Source: the human T2T-CHM13v2.0 reference genome, Homo sapiens. Taken from it: a stretch of DNA of 64,000 nt. Location of the stretch: assembly GCF_009914755.1 (NCBI RefSeq), contig NC_060945.1; one strand, written 5' to 3'. Shown in pieces: positions 30,994 to 56,934 of this stretch. The position numbers were made by a program, and so were the translations under genes. Below the pieces are notes generated by a model. It was not told the DNA's origin, searched no databases, and worked only from the letters and a program-made list of their open reading frames with translations. Each line of letters begins with the position of its first letter. Within the stretch, counting starts at the first letter, position 1.

Positions 30994-31203
30994 GTGTTGT
31001 GCAGTGGAAACAGTCATCTTCCGCTAAGGCATGACGTGTTGTGCAGTGGAAATGGTCATCTTCCGCTAAAGCATGGCGTGTTGTGCAGTGGAAATGGTCA
31101 TCTGACGCTAAAGCACAGCATGTTGTACAGTGGAAATGGTCATCGTCTGCTAAAGCACGGCGTGTTGTGCAGTGGAAATGGTCATCTGCTGCTAAAGCAC
31201 AGC
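30994..31203. repeat. 42-bp minisatellite, 5 copies
   Basis: GTGTTGTGCAGTGGAAATGGTCATCTTCCGCTAAAGCACGGC x5. Confidence 0.95.
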
Positions 31204-31548
31204 TTCCATCATAAGGTATGCTCCTTGCTCAAAGAGTGTGGTCCCAAACAGCTTTTGGGAGGTCCTCCTTGACTCATGGATGAAACCCGGAACATCTTGA
31301 GGACTGAGTTAACCACAGGTCCTTAAATAACTCTCCACACATTTTTCTTAGTTTATCTCTACATGCAGGGTGTGCAGCAGCCTGTTCAAAGTCATATTTT
31401 CTGGGAAATATTTTCAGTGTTTATTTGCAATTTAGCCCACTCTGTGTAGTCTTAACTTATTTCTTCTAAACTCACCATTAACCTAAATAATAGTCAAATT
31501 TAGGGGGGCTGTATTTGTCTTACTCGAGTCTTCTACCATAGTTGAAAC

Positions 31549-32154
31549 TGTCGTACCCAAGCGAGTTAGAGAGAAATGCCACACTTTGAGACGAATTCAG
31601 GAGTCCTTTATTAGCTGGTGACTGAGAGATGGCTAACACAGGAAATACTCTCGGCCCTAAAGAATGGGCTAGATTTTCTTTTATACATTGGTTTAGAGAG
31701 GGGAGGGGGGATTCCAGCTGCAATAAACTTACAGAAGAAAAAACAGACAAAAAACTTAAAAAGACAGATGGTTACAGGAAAACAAACTGTTCCAGGTGCA
31801 GAGGCTTTAAATTCACCACAAAGTGATGAGTGAGGGGGCTCTGGGCTTTATCTTCCAGACAAATGTGGGGGCTTTATGATATTATCTCTGAGTAATTTGC
31901 TGGGAACTGCGGACATCACTTGCCTCAGCACTTTATCAGTTAATTGCACTCTTTGATATGTTGAAAATCAGCTTGCACAAGTTAAAGTCCTTGAGGAAAG
32001 GGGGTGGGTAAGGAGCCCTTGATGTCTTGTAAATGAAGGAGCCAAATGGAGTTTGTCTGGTTTTCTCAGCTAAGGGAGAGTCTATTCATATTAAAAACAA
32101 GGTTAGCTATCTAAGGAAGAGTCTATTCATGTTAATACAACGTTGGGTATTACA
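31549..32154 (-). mobile_element. ERV1 solo LTR (LTR6-like)
   Basis: TG...CA termini and exact 4-bp TSD AAAC (31545-31548 and 32155-32158). Minus strand starts TGTAATACCCAAC...GACTCTCCCTTAGCTGAG. Confidence 0.8.
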
Positions 32155-32968
32155 AAACATCTGTTCATGATCTGGAAATTCTTCCGTGTTAGTTCTGTTA
32201 AAAGAAAAACTTTCAAGGAGTTTAACTGAGCAATAAACGATTCATGAATCGGAAAGTCCCCAGAATCACAGCAGATTCACAGAGACTCCAGCACAGTCAT
32301 GTGGTGGAAGAAGATTTGTAGACAAAAGGGAAGTGGCATACCGAAATCGGAAGTGAGGTACAGAAACAACTCAGCGTTTGCCTTGTTTGAGCACAGTTTG
32401 AACATTTGGCAGTGCCTGATTGGTTGAAGTTTGGCCATTGGGATTGGCCAAGATGTAGCTGTTGTTTGAGGTGCATACACTCAAGTTAGGTTTTCATTCT
32501 TGTTTACCTATTAAGGTAGGTTGCAGGTCATCCACAAGGACTCATATATATAATTATGGAGTCCTTCTCAGGACATACTTAGTTCACTTTAACAATGCCT
32601 TCCCTTTGGTTATTTTCTCAATTTTGAGAGATTGGCCAAAACTTCAGTCACTGGTGTCACTATTACCCTTGCAAATGTACTTATTTGGTTTAGAAACCCA
32701 CTGGGAAATAGAACAGTGAGATTTGAAAAGGTGGAACAAGGACTTGAGTAGAAGGTGTCTTCTTATGCTGGAACATCCTGTTTACAGGAGAAAAACAAAA
32801 CCTGGTTTGTTCTAGGATTTATGTGTTTCCTTAAAGTCTTAGTTTGATTATGTTCCATTTAGCATGAGTGACTCCATTTTGGTTTGGTTTGTTCTGTTGG
32901 GACCTATTGCATGAGCTTAGTTCAAAACAATGGCCTCCCAGAATTTTGCTTAAAAAATTCCTCCTTTT

Positions 32969-33260
32969 GGCTGGGCACGGTGGCTCATGCCTGTAATCCC
33001 AGCACTTTGGGAGGCCGAGGTGGGCAGATCACGAGATCAGGAGATTGAGACCATCCTTGCTAATACGGCGAAACCTCATCTCTACTAAATACACAAAAAA
33101 ATAGCCAAGAATGCTGGCGGGTGCCTGTAGTCCCAGCTACTCAGGAGGCTGAGGCAGGAGAATGGCCTGAACCCGGGAGGCAGAGCTTGCAGTGAGCCGA
33201 GATCATGCCACTGCACTCCACTCTGGGGGACAGAGCAAGACTCTGTCTCAGAAAAAGAAA
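32969..33260 (+). mobile_element. AluY/Sc-like element with TSD
   Basis: TSD AAAA(T)TCCTCCTTTT. Confidence 0.9.
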
Positions 33261-33336
33261 ATCCTCCTTTTCAGTCAAGTTCTCACTTAGTTGAGAGTGT
33301 GACCAAAATGTAGGGCCTTAGCCTCACTCTTAGTTA

Positions 33337-33581
33337 CCATTGTTTTGGGTTTCCGGTTTAGCACATCACTCCCATTGTTTTGGGTAATGGTTTTAGCACG
33401 TCACTCCCATTGTTTTGGGTTTCTGGTTTAGCACGTCACTCCCATTGTTTTGGGTTCTGGTTTTAGTACATCACTCCCATTGTTTTGGGTTCCGGTTTTA
33501 GTACATCAGTCCCATTGTTTTGGGTTTCTGGTTTAGCATGTCACTCCCATTGTTTTGGGTTTCTGGTTTAGCATGTCACTC
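33337..33581. repeat. 35-bp minisatellite, 7 copies, inside the MER57 internal region
   Basis: CCATTGTTTTGGGTTTCTGGTTTAGCACGTCACTC x7. Confidence 0.95.
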
Positions 33582-34875
33582 ATAGGTTACCGTGTCCTTA
33601 TGGTTGCACATTTTTTTTAATCTGTTGTCATTCCAGATGAAGAGATACCATTTGACATTTTAGAGATGGCTGCATGCAAACTCTTAAAACATTTGAGTAA
33701 GTACAGTGCACCAGGGAGACTCTTATGACTATTGGGATAACACCAAGAATTTGGTATATGCTCCTAACTCAGGGTCCCCATAAATCAAACCACCTAAAAT
33801 CAAATAGATTAAAGAATGAATTAGATAAAGAGTTTACTTGCTTAACTAAGTGGGTTTTTTTGTTAATTCCCTACAACCAAATCTTTATAATACCCGATGT
33901 TTTCTCCATATGCCATGTTAGCAGCTGCACAGATACTTAAGATAATAGTCTCATGATAGTAGAGAAGTCTTGATCTGTGATCTTGGGAAAAGCTGTTCAC
34001 ATTAAGGATGCCATCTTCTTCTGGGGGGGAACTGTCCTTGTTAGCTTTACCTTAAGGGTTCCAAGGGGTGTATGGTTCCGAGTGTGGAGGGACCCTTCTG
34101 AGTTGTAAGACTATGAACCCAAAGTTTAAGGTTTTAAAGTTTTGCTGTCATGTGGATGGCAAGGGCAGTCCTCTGATGTTCTCAGAAGATCCAGTCATCA
34201 TATTCTAGATTGTGAAGGGGTTGGCTGTCCTCTGTGAACCATAAAAGGCTTTCTTTAGCTGGTGAAAATACACTTCAGCATAATAATCTACTGTTTTAAC
34301 ATCAACCCTCTTGCATGGAAGAGCTTTTTTACAATCAGAAAACATGCACTGAAAATGACAACTGAATGAAATCCCTTTATAAAATGTTTAAATGGCCCAT
34401 CAGGTAACCAAATGCACCTGAAGTTTTGATTGTTTTCCTAGGAATATAGGTTCGACAAACCAAACATTGATTATAAACTATTTTAGCAATTTAGAGATCA
34501 CCACAGCAATATATTTAATTTGGATCATTTTCTCTTTCCATGATGAGTTATGGAATGCAGAACTTTTAATAACAAAAGTTTTAAGGACTTAAGACGGAAA
34601 GGTGGCCATCCTGGTTATTCATAAGTCCGTGCTTAATTAACATTAGACTTACATCCTCTTGAATACCAGCTGTTTCTTCAAATTAGGTGCATGGCACTGG
34701 TAACTGATGAGTTATAGGTAATTTGGCTTAGACCATGGAGTGTATTTAAATTATATATCTAAACAATTTCAATATTGGTGATTTAGCATGCAAATCTGGC
34801 AAAATATTTCCTTGATATTCAATTTTTGTTTTACTTGGGTTAGCAGTTTTATAAACCAGTTGGTCTTCTTATTAA

Positions 34876-36978
<2,103 letters not shown>

Positions 36979-37923
36979 ATTTTTTTTTTTTTAAAGATTG
37001 CGTCTTGCTCTGTCACCCTCCTCACCACATTATAGCTCTGGGGGCCAAGCTGCATCACAATGGAAAATCATGGAATCGCAGGAAGAATCCACTCAGCTTT
37101 GCCAAATGCAGCCCAAGGGGTTGCTTGGAGTAACCAAATTAACATTTTTCATTCTGCCCAGAGCAAAATACATGTGACAAAACATAGACACGTGCCACTT
37201 TGCTCAGCACCCAGTATCAAACTGGTAAGACTCAAACTTGCTCCCAGATGGGCCGTGCCATCTCTAAATCTTTTTAGAAGCTTCTGCATATTAATAGGCA
37301 TCCCTAGATGAGACTAATTTGGGAGCCCTCATTTTTAAATGCACTTCAGGGCATTATTCATTTGGAATGTTCCACTGTAAGTTATCTTAATAAGATTTTG
37401 CCATTTCTGTAAGACTTTGCTGCTTCCCAGGCCTAATGTATTAGCCAGAAGGAGCTTAGTTTTCCAGAAATTAAGGATCCTATTTTTACCAAAAATATTG
37501 GCTTTACTCCCGGGTTCCCTTCATTAACTTAGCCAATGATTTTTTTTTCCTGCTTAAGAATGCGAGAAAAATGAAACAAAGGGGTAGAACACAAAAATCC
37601 CTGTGAATTTTCAAAAGCCAAATGTTACAACCTTCCAATATTATCATTTACTACCACTTTCCTTCTGACCCAGTCAGATGTAGGAGGCCTCTAACTGGAA
37701 CTGGATTCAAGCCAGTTAACTACTGGATCAAATCTGATCCTGGACCTGGTCCCTTTTCTGTCATAACTTCTAAAACATCCAGCCAGTCATGGCTGGATAG
37801 CAGTTTGGAACAGAAATTTGCTCAAAGAAACTCAGAGCTCAAAACACAAATCCATGGAGCTCTGAAATCCGAGAGAAAATTTACCATGATCCCCAGCTGC
37901 TCCGAGAGATCAAAGGACACAAG

Positions 37924-39177
37924 TGTTACAGAATCTGAGGCGTCACTTTTCTGCCTGAAACCTCTGGCTGGTGGAGCCTTTACCTGTGTTTTGCTTGGGC
38001 CCACTGGGTTAGTTCTGTCCACTCAGCTCATGCTAGTGGTCTGGATCCCACACCTGCCAAGGGCGAGCTGGGTACAGAGCAGTGAGGGGTGTGTGAGCAA
38101 GCGAGCATGGGATCTGGCCACTGCACACAGCCAAGCATGCCAGCTGCAGAGGGGTGGGCAGCTCCAGGCACAGATGCCAGCTCCCTGTGAGGCTGCAGCT
38201 GGACCAGGCCGACTGCAAACAGCTTCCACTGTGGGTATCAGGGAATGCAGTGGCACCCAGAAGCTTGGAGATGCAGGACCTGCAGAGCCCCAAAGAAGGT
38301 GTCACAGCCCTGGCTGGGGGAGCTCCTAGGTCTGTGTTCCCTGAAGGGACACAGCTCTTCTCTCCTTCTCTCTTCTCTTCTTCTTGCCTGCAATTTGGCA
38401 AGCAAGGAGCGCGTTTCAGCCCTGTTTATGTTACACCTCTTTCAGCCCTGCTAGTTGGCAGGTCCCGAGTTCTTGTCCTGAGTCCAGGAAAAATGAGGTA
38501 TGTGGACAAGTAGAAGGTGAGCAAGGTGAAGAGGTGCTTTATTGAGCCACAGTACAGCTCAGAGGAGACCTGCAGTGGGTAGTTCCTTTCTGCAGGCAGG
38601 TCATCCCAACGTCTGTTCAGCTCTCAGCAGCTGAGAGGAGATGCACGGTGGGTAGCTGTGCCCATAGTGCCCAGGCGTTCGAGCTGAGGAGGGCCTTCTG
38701 GCCACTGCTGAGCCACTCTTAGCCCCACCTCACCCTCCCTCCTGTGCTTGCCAGTGCCCAAAGTCTGGAGGGGGCCAAGGTGGCAGGGGGCTGGCATGTC
38801 AGCACTGCCCTGAGCTTGCACAAACCGGGCCGTGTTGTGACTGTGCCCGGGTTTGGCCTCAACTTGGATCCGAATTTGGAGTGGGTTCTGGAAGCAGAGG
38901 GACGCCAGGTGGCAGGACCAGGTACAACTGAGCCTACGGGGCAGGGGGCCTTGCTGGGCCTCTGAGAGTGCAGAGATGCCCGGGTTTGCAGTCATGGCTG
39001 GATGGCTGCAGCTGTGCCTGGGAGGGCGGGGTTCCTGCCTGATAATTTAGAAGGGACAGGTCTCCCACCCATTCCTGGCTCCCACCAGCTTTGAGGAGTG
39101 CACAGCCCCAGCCACTCCTCCCCACTGCAGCCAGTGTCTCCATAGCAACTGCTCCACGTGGGCCACTGCTGCCATCA
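37924..39177 (-). mobile_element. MER52 solo LTR nested in MER57 internal region
   Basis: Minus strand begins TGATGGCAGCAGTGGCCC and ends TCTGTAACA. GC-rich. Near-TSD CAAG/CAAA. Confidence 0.82.
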
Positions 39178-39296
39178 CAAACGGGTCCTTTCAGGTTCCT
39201 TCCTTGTACCTCAGCACTCTGGGGGTCATTAGAAGCCTTAGCAACACTGCTCACCACAGTATAGCTCCAGAGGCCCTAGCAGTCCTGCTCCCACAG

Positions 39297-39314
39297 ATCC
39301 CACTTCTGACACCA
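39297..39314 (-). other. Primer binding site, tRNA-Leu(CAA)
   Basis: Minus strand TGGTGTCAGAAGTGGGAT is complementary to the tRNA-Leu 3' end ATCCCACTTCTGACACCA, 2 nt from the LTR. Confidence 0.88.
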
Positions 39315-40189
39315 TCTATTAAAAGAAAATCTTCAGCTGAATTAAATTTAAAGGAACTTAATTGAGCAATGAATGATTCACGAATCAGGCAGCCCCCAGA
39401 ATCACAGCAGATTTGGTGAGACTCCAGCACAGACACATGGTGGAAGATTTATAGACAATAAAGGGAACATGATGTACAAAAATCTGAAGTGAGGAGTGAG
39501 GTCTAGAAGCAACTGGGTCCATTACAGTTCTCAGCAGTGAGGTCCAGAAACAACTGGACTGGTTACAGTGCTCAGCATTTGCCTTATTTGAACACAGCTG
39601 AACACTCAGCAGTGTGTGAGTGGCAGAAGTTTGGCTGTTGGGATTGGCCACGACTCAGCTACTGTTTTAGGCACATACTCCTAAGTTAGGTTTTCAGTCT
39701 TTCTACCTATTAAGTTAGGTTGCAGTTTGTCCACAGGGACTCAAATCTAGAAGTACAGAGTCCTTCCCAGGCCATATTTAGTTCACTGTAACAGTTCCTA
39801 TTATGACCTCACTGACAGTTCTTTTTCTCTGAATTCTCCTTTCTTCTCAACAGCTTGTCCAAATGTTCCATTGGTCCCTGTTCATCTTGCCCTGCAGTTC
39901 TCCTTGACTGATTCAGCCCTTTGTGGTTTGCAGTCCTGTTTCTCTACAGCTTGGACCTCTTCAGTCTTTCCATCATAGGTTTAACTCTCTGTTGAATGCT
40001 TCTTTGTAGCTATCCAAATTTACCTTAAGCTCAAAAAATTCGAAGTGAAAGCCACATCCTCTTCTCTTCCCTTATGTGTATGGCATTACTACCATGCAGC
40101 CAGTGACCCAAAATGGGATTTCTTCTGGGCTTTTCTTGCTTAGATTCAGGCTCATCTGGTGTCAAGCCTTGTTACTTTTGTTTCCTTGT

Positions 40190-40496
40190 TCTTTTATTTT
40201 TATTTTTTTTCTTTTGAGACAGAGTTTCGCTCTTGTTGCCCAGGCTAGAGCGCAGTGGTGTGATCTCAGCTCACTGCAGCCTCCACCTCCTGGGTTCAAG
40301 CAATTCTCCTGCCTCAGCTCCTGAGTAGCTGGTATTACAGGCATGTGCCACCATGCCCGGCTAATTTTGTATGTTTAGTAGAGATGGGGTTTCTCTGTTT
40401 TGATCAGGGTGGTCTCGAACTCCCGACCTCAGGTGATCCGCCCACCTCGGCCTCCCAAAGTGCTGGGATTACAGACGTGAGCCACCGTGCCTGGCC
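40190..40496 (-). mobile_element. AluSp-like element at its native site
   Basis: Degenerate TSD T(C/G)CTTGTT(C/G)TTTT on both sides. Confidence 0.88.
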
Positions 40497-41238
40497 TGCT
40501 TGTTGTTTTCATCTCATCCTGATTTCCGAATACAGGAGAGAAGCTGAGTTGGTGTTCACTAACAAGCACAGAAGCTTTGTTATATTTACAGTGTCATTCT
40601 TGGCAAAACCTGAAGGGTGTGTTTGTGGGGTGATGAGGTTCAGTCACCTGTGACCTGTGCATCTGGTCAGCACTGTGGTGACATCCTTAGGAATCCATGG
40701 GGAGAGAGAAAGCATTCAGGAGTTAGTGGGTCACATTTGACAAGGGCCAATAAAGAAATATGCAAAGACAAAAAACAAGAAGAACATTGTCATATTTTCT
40801 ACCTTTTGTTTATATAAATTTATGTCAATGATTTTAGCTTATGTTAATATGCAATGTATATAATATGCTAACATTTACAATATATGTTTATAGTTTAAAC
40901 ATTTCTGTCATATTTTCAGATTCTTTAAAGATTATATTACGCTTCCTATTTCAGATAGCTGCTTAAAATGAGTAAGGAAAAACGGATGTGTGCATCAGTT
41001 CCAACTGTTTATGTACTAAAACTAGTTGATATCTTGGTTAAGAACAAAAAGTGACAACCTAATTAACTGAAAATTTTAAGTGGGCAATTATAGTTTTAGC
41101 TTTAACGTAAAATATTAACTATGCTCCATTCTTGCATTTTTAACCTAATACTCAATATAAATCACCACGTGCCATGTTTCAGATCAAGGTTTTACTTGGG
41201 ATCTCTCATGAGTTTTTCAAGGTTTTAATTATCTGCAA

Positions 41239-43310
41239 TGTAACAATGTACCAGTAACCTTACTGGCTTAAACCAGGAATTTATTCTTTTTACATGTCAC
41301 AATTTTCTGGGTCAAGACACTGGACAGGGCAGTGTGGGTTGGCTGCTTCGTGATGTCCCTGGTCTCATCTGGGAGGACTCTAGTGGCTGGGGACATGAAG
41401 CAGGCACCCAGAAGGACTCTAGTGGCTGGGGACATGGAGCAGGCACCGAGCCCTCTCTTTGTGGCCAGCACGGACTTCCTCCCAGTCTGGCAGTGTCAGT
41501 TACTCAGGTTTGTCTGGCTTCTCCCAGGGTGTGTGTCCAAGAGGCCCAGGCAGAAGCTGTAAGGCCTCTCATGATCATCCCTCAGAAGTCCCAGAGCATC
41601 TATCCTGCCACACTGTCCAGTCATACTCATCACTGAGACCAGCCATGATTCAAGGGGGGAAGGTGATTAGATTCCACCTCTTGATGAGAAGAATAGTAGG
41701 AACCTGCAGCAGTCTTTAATAAACCACAGTTTGTCCTCTGGCCACAAACTATTAACGTTTCTCCCACATGCAAATTATGCTTTGCCCCTCTCAAGAGTCC
41801 CAGAATGGTTTTCCTTATGGCACTGGCTGGTAGCCCAACTGAATCCTGAATCAGGTTGTGGTGGCCTGTCATCTGCACCCACACACACTCAGCCGCAGTG
41901 AGGACTGAATCAAGTTATGGTGGCCTGTCATCTGCCCCCCCACACACAGCCACAGTGGGGACTGAATCAGGTTGTTGTGACCTATCATCTGTGCCCACAC
42001 ACTCAGCCGCAGTGAGGGGACTGGTGTGAAAACAGTCAGCATTTCCCTTTAGAAGCTGTTGGTGGGAGGCAGGAGGGAGGTGCTGCCCTGCAGGCCCCGT
42101 CTAACAGCTGGTCATTCCCATGGGGCGCCTGTTACAGTTCTGTGATTAGTGCCCAGTACGGGTCCCTGAGAACGGCGCCCAGTCCTTGTCCCTGAGAACG
42201 GCGTTTGTGTCCTTTTACTTCTCCCTCTGGGCTTTTGTCATTCTCCATGTTCTTTTTCCTTCAGTGCCTGGGTTGCCGTTGACCAACTTTCTCTGCCTTT
42301 TTCTTATGGTCAATAGGGTATTCAATGGCTTCTTTTTAATTTTTTTCCTTTTCTTTTTTTTTTTCTTTGGCCTTTTGAGACAAGAAATTATTTCTTTATA
42401 TTTTCTCTAAATTTTGTTTGAAAAGTGAACTTCCTTCTTTAGATCATGTCCCTCTCCTGTCATATTTATTCAATGACAGTTAGGGTAGGCTGGTAGCACT
42501 TTCCATGTTCTTCCCAGATGTCTCCTTAGGCAGATCCCTGAGATGGTGCAGTGCCCTTTCGGTTTCCATGTTGTGGCTGTAGTTTTCTCACAGTCCCTCA
42601 GCACATAACTCTCAGGCCTTTTCCCCACTTTCCAATGACATTTTCTCACCGTCCTTCAGGCCCTGACCAAGAGTCTTGATGCCCTTCCAGGTTGCATGAA
42701 TGGTCTCCTTGAGGCCCAGTTAAAGGTCAGCCTCACAGTCGTGGCACATATTGTAGCTTCTGATTACCACAGCGGCTCATTTCCAGCTACCATATTCTGT
42801 TCCAGTTATCTATTCTGAAGAAACCATCCCCAAAACTTGGCAGCTTAAAACAACTCATTATTACCTGTTTTTTGGCTTAGAGAGTCTTGGTGGCCAGCTC
42901 ATCTCACACACAGTTGCAGCCAAGCTGGATTGTGTGAAAGCACAGTGGGGTGGTGTGCAGGGTGGCTCACTAGTGGTTGGGAGTGGATGTTGCTGAAGGC
43001 TCACTAGTGGTTGGGAGTCGGTGTTGCTGGAGGGTCAGTGGGGGATGTCAATGTGTGTAGCTAGTCACGGACTGGCCATGTGGTTTCCATCATGAGGTCT
43101 CAGGGGAGTGGGATTTCCTGCCTGGTGACTGGCTTTCTCCTGGATAAGTGTTCTGTTTTCTCAGCCTGGCTTCTGAAGTCCCCAAATACCACCTTTGTCA
43201 CCTTCTGTTGGCCAAGCAAGTTAGTAGTCTGGGCAAGGTTTAAGGGGAATTGGTTCTCACAGAGAGAGGAGCAGGAAAGAAGTTGTCACCTTTAGTCTAC
43301 CAGAAATATG
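41239..43310. mobile_element. Old MLT1-type MaLR (two LTR remnants and internal region)
   Basis: LTR-like GGCTTAAA...CAACTCATTATT text at ~41260 and ~42840, TCTGTTGGCCAAGCAAGT and TTCAAGGGG motifs. Contains a 39-bp duplication at 41374-41450. Confidence 0.55.
41846..42021. repeat. ~58-bp tandem repeat, 3 copies
   Basis: CTGAATCAGGTTGTGGTGGCCTGTCATCTGCACCCACACACTCAGCCGCAGTGAGGA at 41846, 41905 and 41962. Confidence 0.9.
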
Positions 43311-43319
43311 ATTTTTATA

Positions 43320-45660
<2,341 letters not shown>

Positions 45661-46750
45661 GGGTTTTTGTCATGATCATTCATTTATCTCACAGTTCATT
45701 CTCATTACTTGGGCCAGGGTCATGATGGTTCATTATCTCTCAGTTCATCCTCATTACGTTGGGCAAACAGTCATGCTGCAGGGTATAGATTATGTTATTC
45801 TGTTACTTTCAGGTAGAATTGGGGTCTAGGTTATAATTGTTTCTAAGTTTAGATTCTGAATGAGAATCAGCAGAGGTAGACCACCACTGCTGGGGCCTGG
45901 GGATTGCTGGGAAAAAGGCAGGAAACAAATACAGACCTGACCATGGAGGGTTTGTGTTTCATGGCTCCCATCTGGGTACCCAAGGAACCTACACGTAGCT
46001 CGTGTGTGGAGAGCCTACATTGCCCACTCAAAGCAATTGAGGATGGAACAGTCTTGGGGCTGGAGCTCATTATTTGGAATGATAACCACATCTGCACAGA
46101 GAGGACCTGATAAGATGTTGTCCTTCCATGTATATCTGGGAATCCTGTGTAGGGTCTCTCTGTAAGGACAGGAGCAGTGTTGGCTCCTTGGCCTCTAGTT
46201 AGCCTCACGAGTAGTCTAGTAAAGGCTTTGCCAACTTGTCACCATCTGTGGATATTCTGGCCAGCTCTTGTTTTCACCCTACTGACTTCTTCAGACACTA
46301 GGCTTTTGCTTCAGACCATTCATGGTTTTTCTTCCTCTTCAAATCAGTAATCAATAAATCCTCTTCAAATCAATAAATTTCCACTCCTTTAGGAAACTCT
46401 GATCTTCTGGTCATGCCAAGGTTTAATTAACTGGTTTAATTGTTTTTCTGTTTTCTTGGTTTCTTTTTCCTTCTTCCTGGGGGTTTCTAGTAATTTTAGT
46501 TTGATGTCTCACTTTCTCCATTTTTTATTTCTTAGTTTTCTTCTGTGATTATTTTCACTGCAGCTGCAGGGCCTAATCCTGGGTTGGCAGATAACTAGCA
46601 CTTACTCTGCCCTAATTGGAATCCGGGAGAGATAGGAGGTGCTCTAGTGTGAAAATGTGTTTGCTCCTCTCTGCTTCTGGTAGTCTCTCTGTAGGAGTAC
46701 TTTACGTATTCTGAATGTTCACTTCTTATGAGATACATGATGTGCAACTA

Positions 46751-46963
46751 TAGGTTGAATGTCTCTGATCCAAAAATCTGAAATCCCAAATGCTCCAAAG
46801 TCTGAAACTTTTTGAGTGCCAACATGACACTCAAAGGAAATGCTTATTGGAGCATCGCAGACTCAGGTGTTTGAATTCGAGATGCTCAACCAGTAAGAAT
46901 AATGCAAATATTACAAAATCTGAAACACATCCCAAGCATTTCAAATAAGGGACACTCAACTGG
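46751..46963 (-). mobile_element. Tigger4/MER46 (Zombi) MITE
   Basis: Inverted termini AGGTTGA.../...CTCAACTGG with TA flanks. CCCAAGCATTTC..ATAAGGGA. Confidence 0.8.
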
Positions 46964-46964
46964 T

Positions 46965-49720
<2,756 letters not shown>

Positions 49721-49842
49721 TTTTGTCCTATTGTAATATAATTGTGTTGTTTTTAATAAAGGTAATTAATGAAACACATAATGAATTGTGCTTCTGTTTT
49801 AATAATATTTTAAGCATTCTTAACTCAGAAATGTAAATTTTA

Positions 49843-51705
<1,863 letters not shown>

Positions 51706-51768
51706 TGAGATGACCATTTCACCTAAGATATACCCTCTTAAGTATTTTTTTAAGTGTACAATACAGGA

Positions 51769-55012
<3,244 letters not shown>

Positions 55013-56900
55013 TGTTTTGATAGACTCTGACAATCTCTATCTTTGAATTGGTACATTCATACCATTAGCATTCAAAGTGATTATTGATATCATTGGATTA
55101 ATATCTACTATATTTGTTACTGTTTTCTATTCATTCTCCTCAGTCTCCATTCTTTTGTCTACCACTCTTTTTCTGCCTTTTGCAGTTTTCATTGATGATT
55201 TTAGATGACTACATTTTCCCTGTCTTTCTTAGCATGTCCTTCTCTTTTTAAAACTTTTTTTTAAGTAGTTGCCACAGAATTTGCAATATACATTTACAAC
55301 CAATTCAAGTCCACTTTCAAATAACACTATCCCACTATCCCACGAATAAGACTACCTGCTTAACAAACAAAACACCTAATTCCTCAGTAACATTTACAAC
55401 AAATTCAAGTCCACTTTCAAATAACACTATCCCACTATCCCACAAATAAGACTACCTGCTTAACAAAGAACACACCTAATTCCTCAATATACATTTACAA
55501 GCAATTCAAGTCCACTTTCAGATAACACTATCCCACTTCATGGGTGACTACCTGCTTAACAAAGAAAACACCTGATTCCTCCCTCCCATCCTTCCATTCC
55601 ATTCCTTGTATTATTGTTCCTTATTTCACTTGTGTATAAGCACACATAATCTATCTGTGCGTATTTATTATTATCTACAAACTTATTGGTCAGATCAATT
55701 ATGAATAAATACATGTTTTTATTGTACCACAATTCCTCCCTCCCATCCTTCCATTCCATTCCTTGTATTAGTGTCACTCATTTCAATTGTGTATAAGCAT
55801 ACATAATCTATCTGTGTGTATTTGTTATTGTCTATGAACTTCTTGGTCAGATCAATTAAGAATAAATACATAGGTTTTTATTGTACCACAATTCTTTAAT
55901 GCTCTTTTTAAAAAAATGTTGATCCAGGTTTCAGTTATATATCTTTTGTTTCCCTCTAAAGAATTTCATTTAACATTTCTTGCAAGACAGGTCTCCTGGC
56001 AACAAGTTTCTTGAATTTGTATTTTTCTGAGGAAGGCCTTAATTCTCCTTCACTTTTGAAGGGTGGTTTCAGTGGGTACAGAAACTTAGGTTGGTGGGTT
56101 TTTTTCTGTCAACATTTTGAATTTTTCATTTCACTGTCTTCTTGCTTTCACAGTTTCTGCAATGTTGAATGCAGTTCTTATCTTTGTGTCTCTGTAGGTA
56201 AGGTGTTTTCTGCCCCACCTCTGGTTTCTTTCAGAGTTTTCCTTTATCTTTTATTTCATATAGTTTGAAAATTATATGTCCAAGTGTAGGTTGTTGGCAT
56301 TTATTCTGCCTGGTGGTCTCTGAGCTTCCTGGATCTTTGGTTTGGTGTCTGACATTAATACTGGAAGTTCTCAGACATGGTTGTTGCAGAACTTTCTTCT
56401 ATTTTTTCTCCTCCTGGTATTCTCATTACTCTGTTGCACCTTTTGTAGTTGTCCCACAGTCTTGGATATCATCTTCTGTTCTTTTTAGTGTTTCTTTTCT
56501 TTAGTTTTTGAAGTTTCTGATGATAAATCCTCAAGCTCAGAGATTCTTTACTCAGCTGAGTCCAGTCTACTAATAAGCCATCAGAGGTATTCTTCAGTTA
56601 TTTACCACATTTTTTACCACTACATTATGTTGAAGGTTCTTACGATGTCTGTCTTTCTGATTACATTACCCATCTACACTTGAATGCTGTCTACTTCATT
56701 CATTAGACCCTTAGCATATTCTCCAGAGGTTTAAAAAAAATTCCAAAATCATATCTTTGTCTGCTTCTGAAGCTTGCTCTGTTGACACAAATTGTATTTT
56801 TTTCTTTTTTTGGATTTTAGTATGCCTTGCAATTTTTTCCCTTTATTCTCATGCATGAAGCACCCACTAAAGGTGACTGCTGTTAGTATAGCTTTAGTAA
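55013..56900 (-). mobile_element. Old L1M fragment containing local tandem duplications
   Basis: AACATTTCTTGCAAGACAGGTC, TCTCCTTCACTTTTGAAG and AGTCTACTAATAAGCCA L1M-type text. Confidence 0.6.
55286..55893. repeat. ~100-bp triplication followed directly by a ~157-bp duplication
   Basis: CATTTACAA at 55291, 55391 and 55492. ATTCCTCCCTCCCATCC at 55575 and 55732. Confidence 0.9.
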
Positions 56901-56934
56901 TGCGGTGATGAGGTGACAGGGCAGGTGATGCTCT

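Noticed and set aside
30780-31330. Possible ancient ERV pol remnant on the minus strand around the 42-bp VNTR
   Set aside because: Only a vague CxxC-like hint is visible, and I could not establish a convincing alignment by eye.
37622-38329. Longest ORF in the track (235 aa)
   Set aside because: It crosses the MER57-internal/MER52 LTR junction antisense to both, and shows no recognisable domain.
39297-39314. Perfect tRNA-Leu 3' end including CCA, as a possible tRNA gene
   Set aside because: Only 18 nt match, directly beside an LTR. It is a primer binding site.
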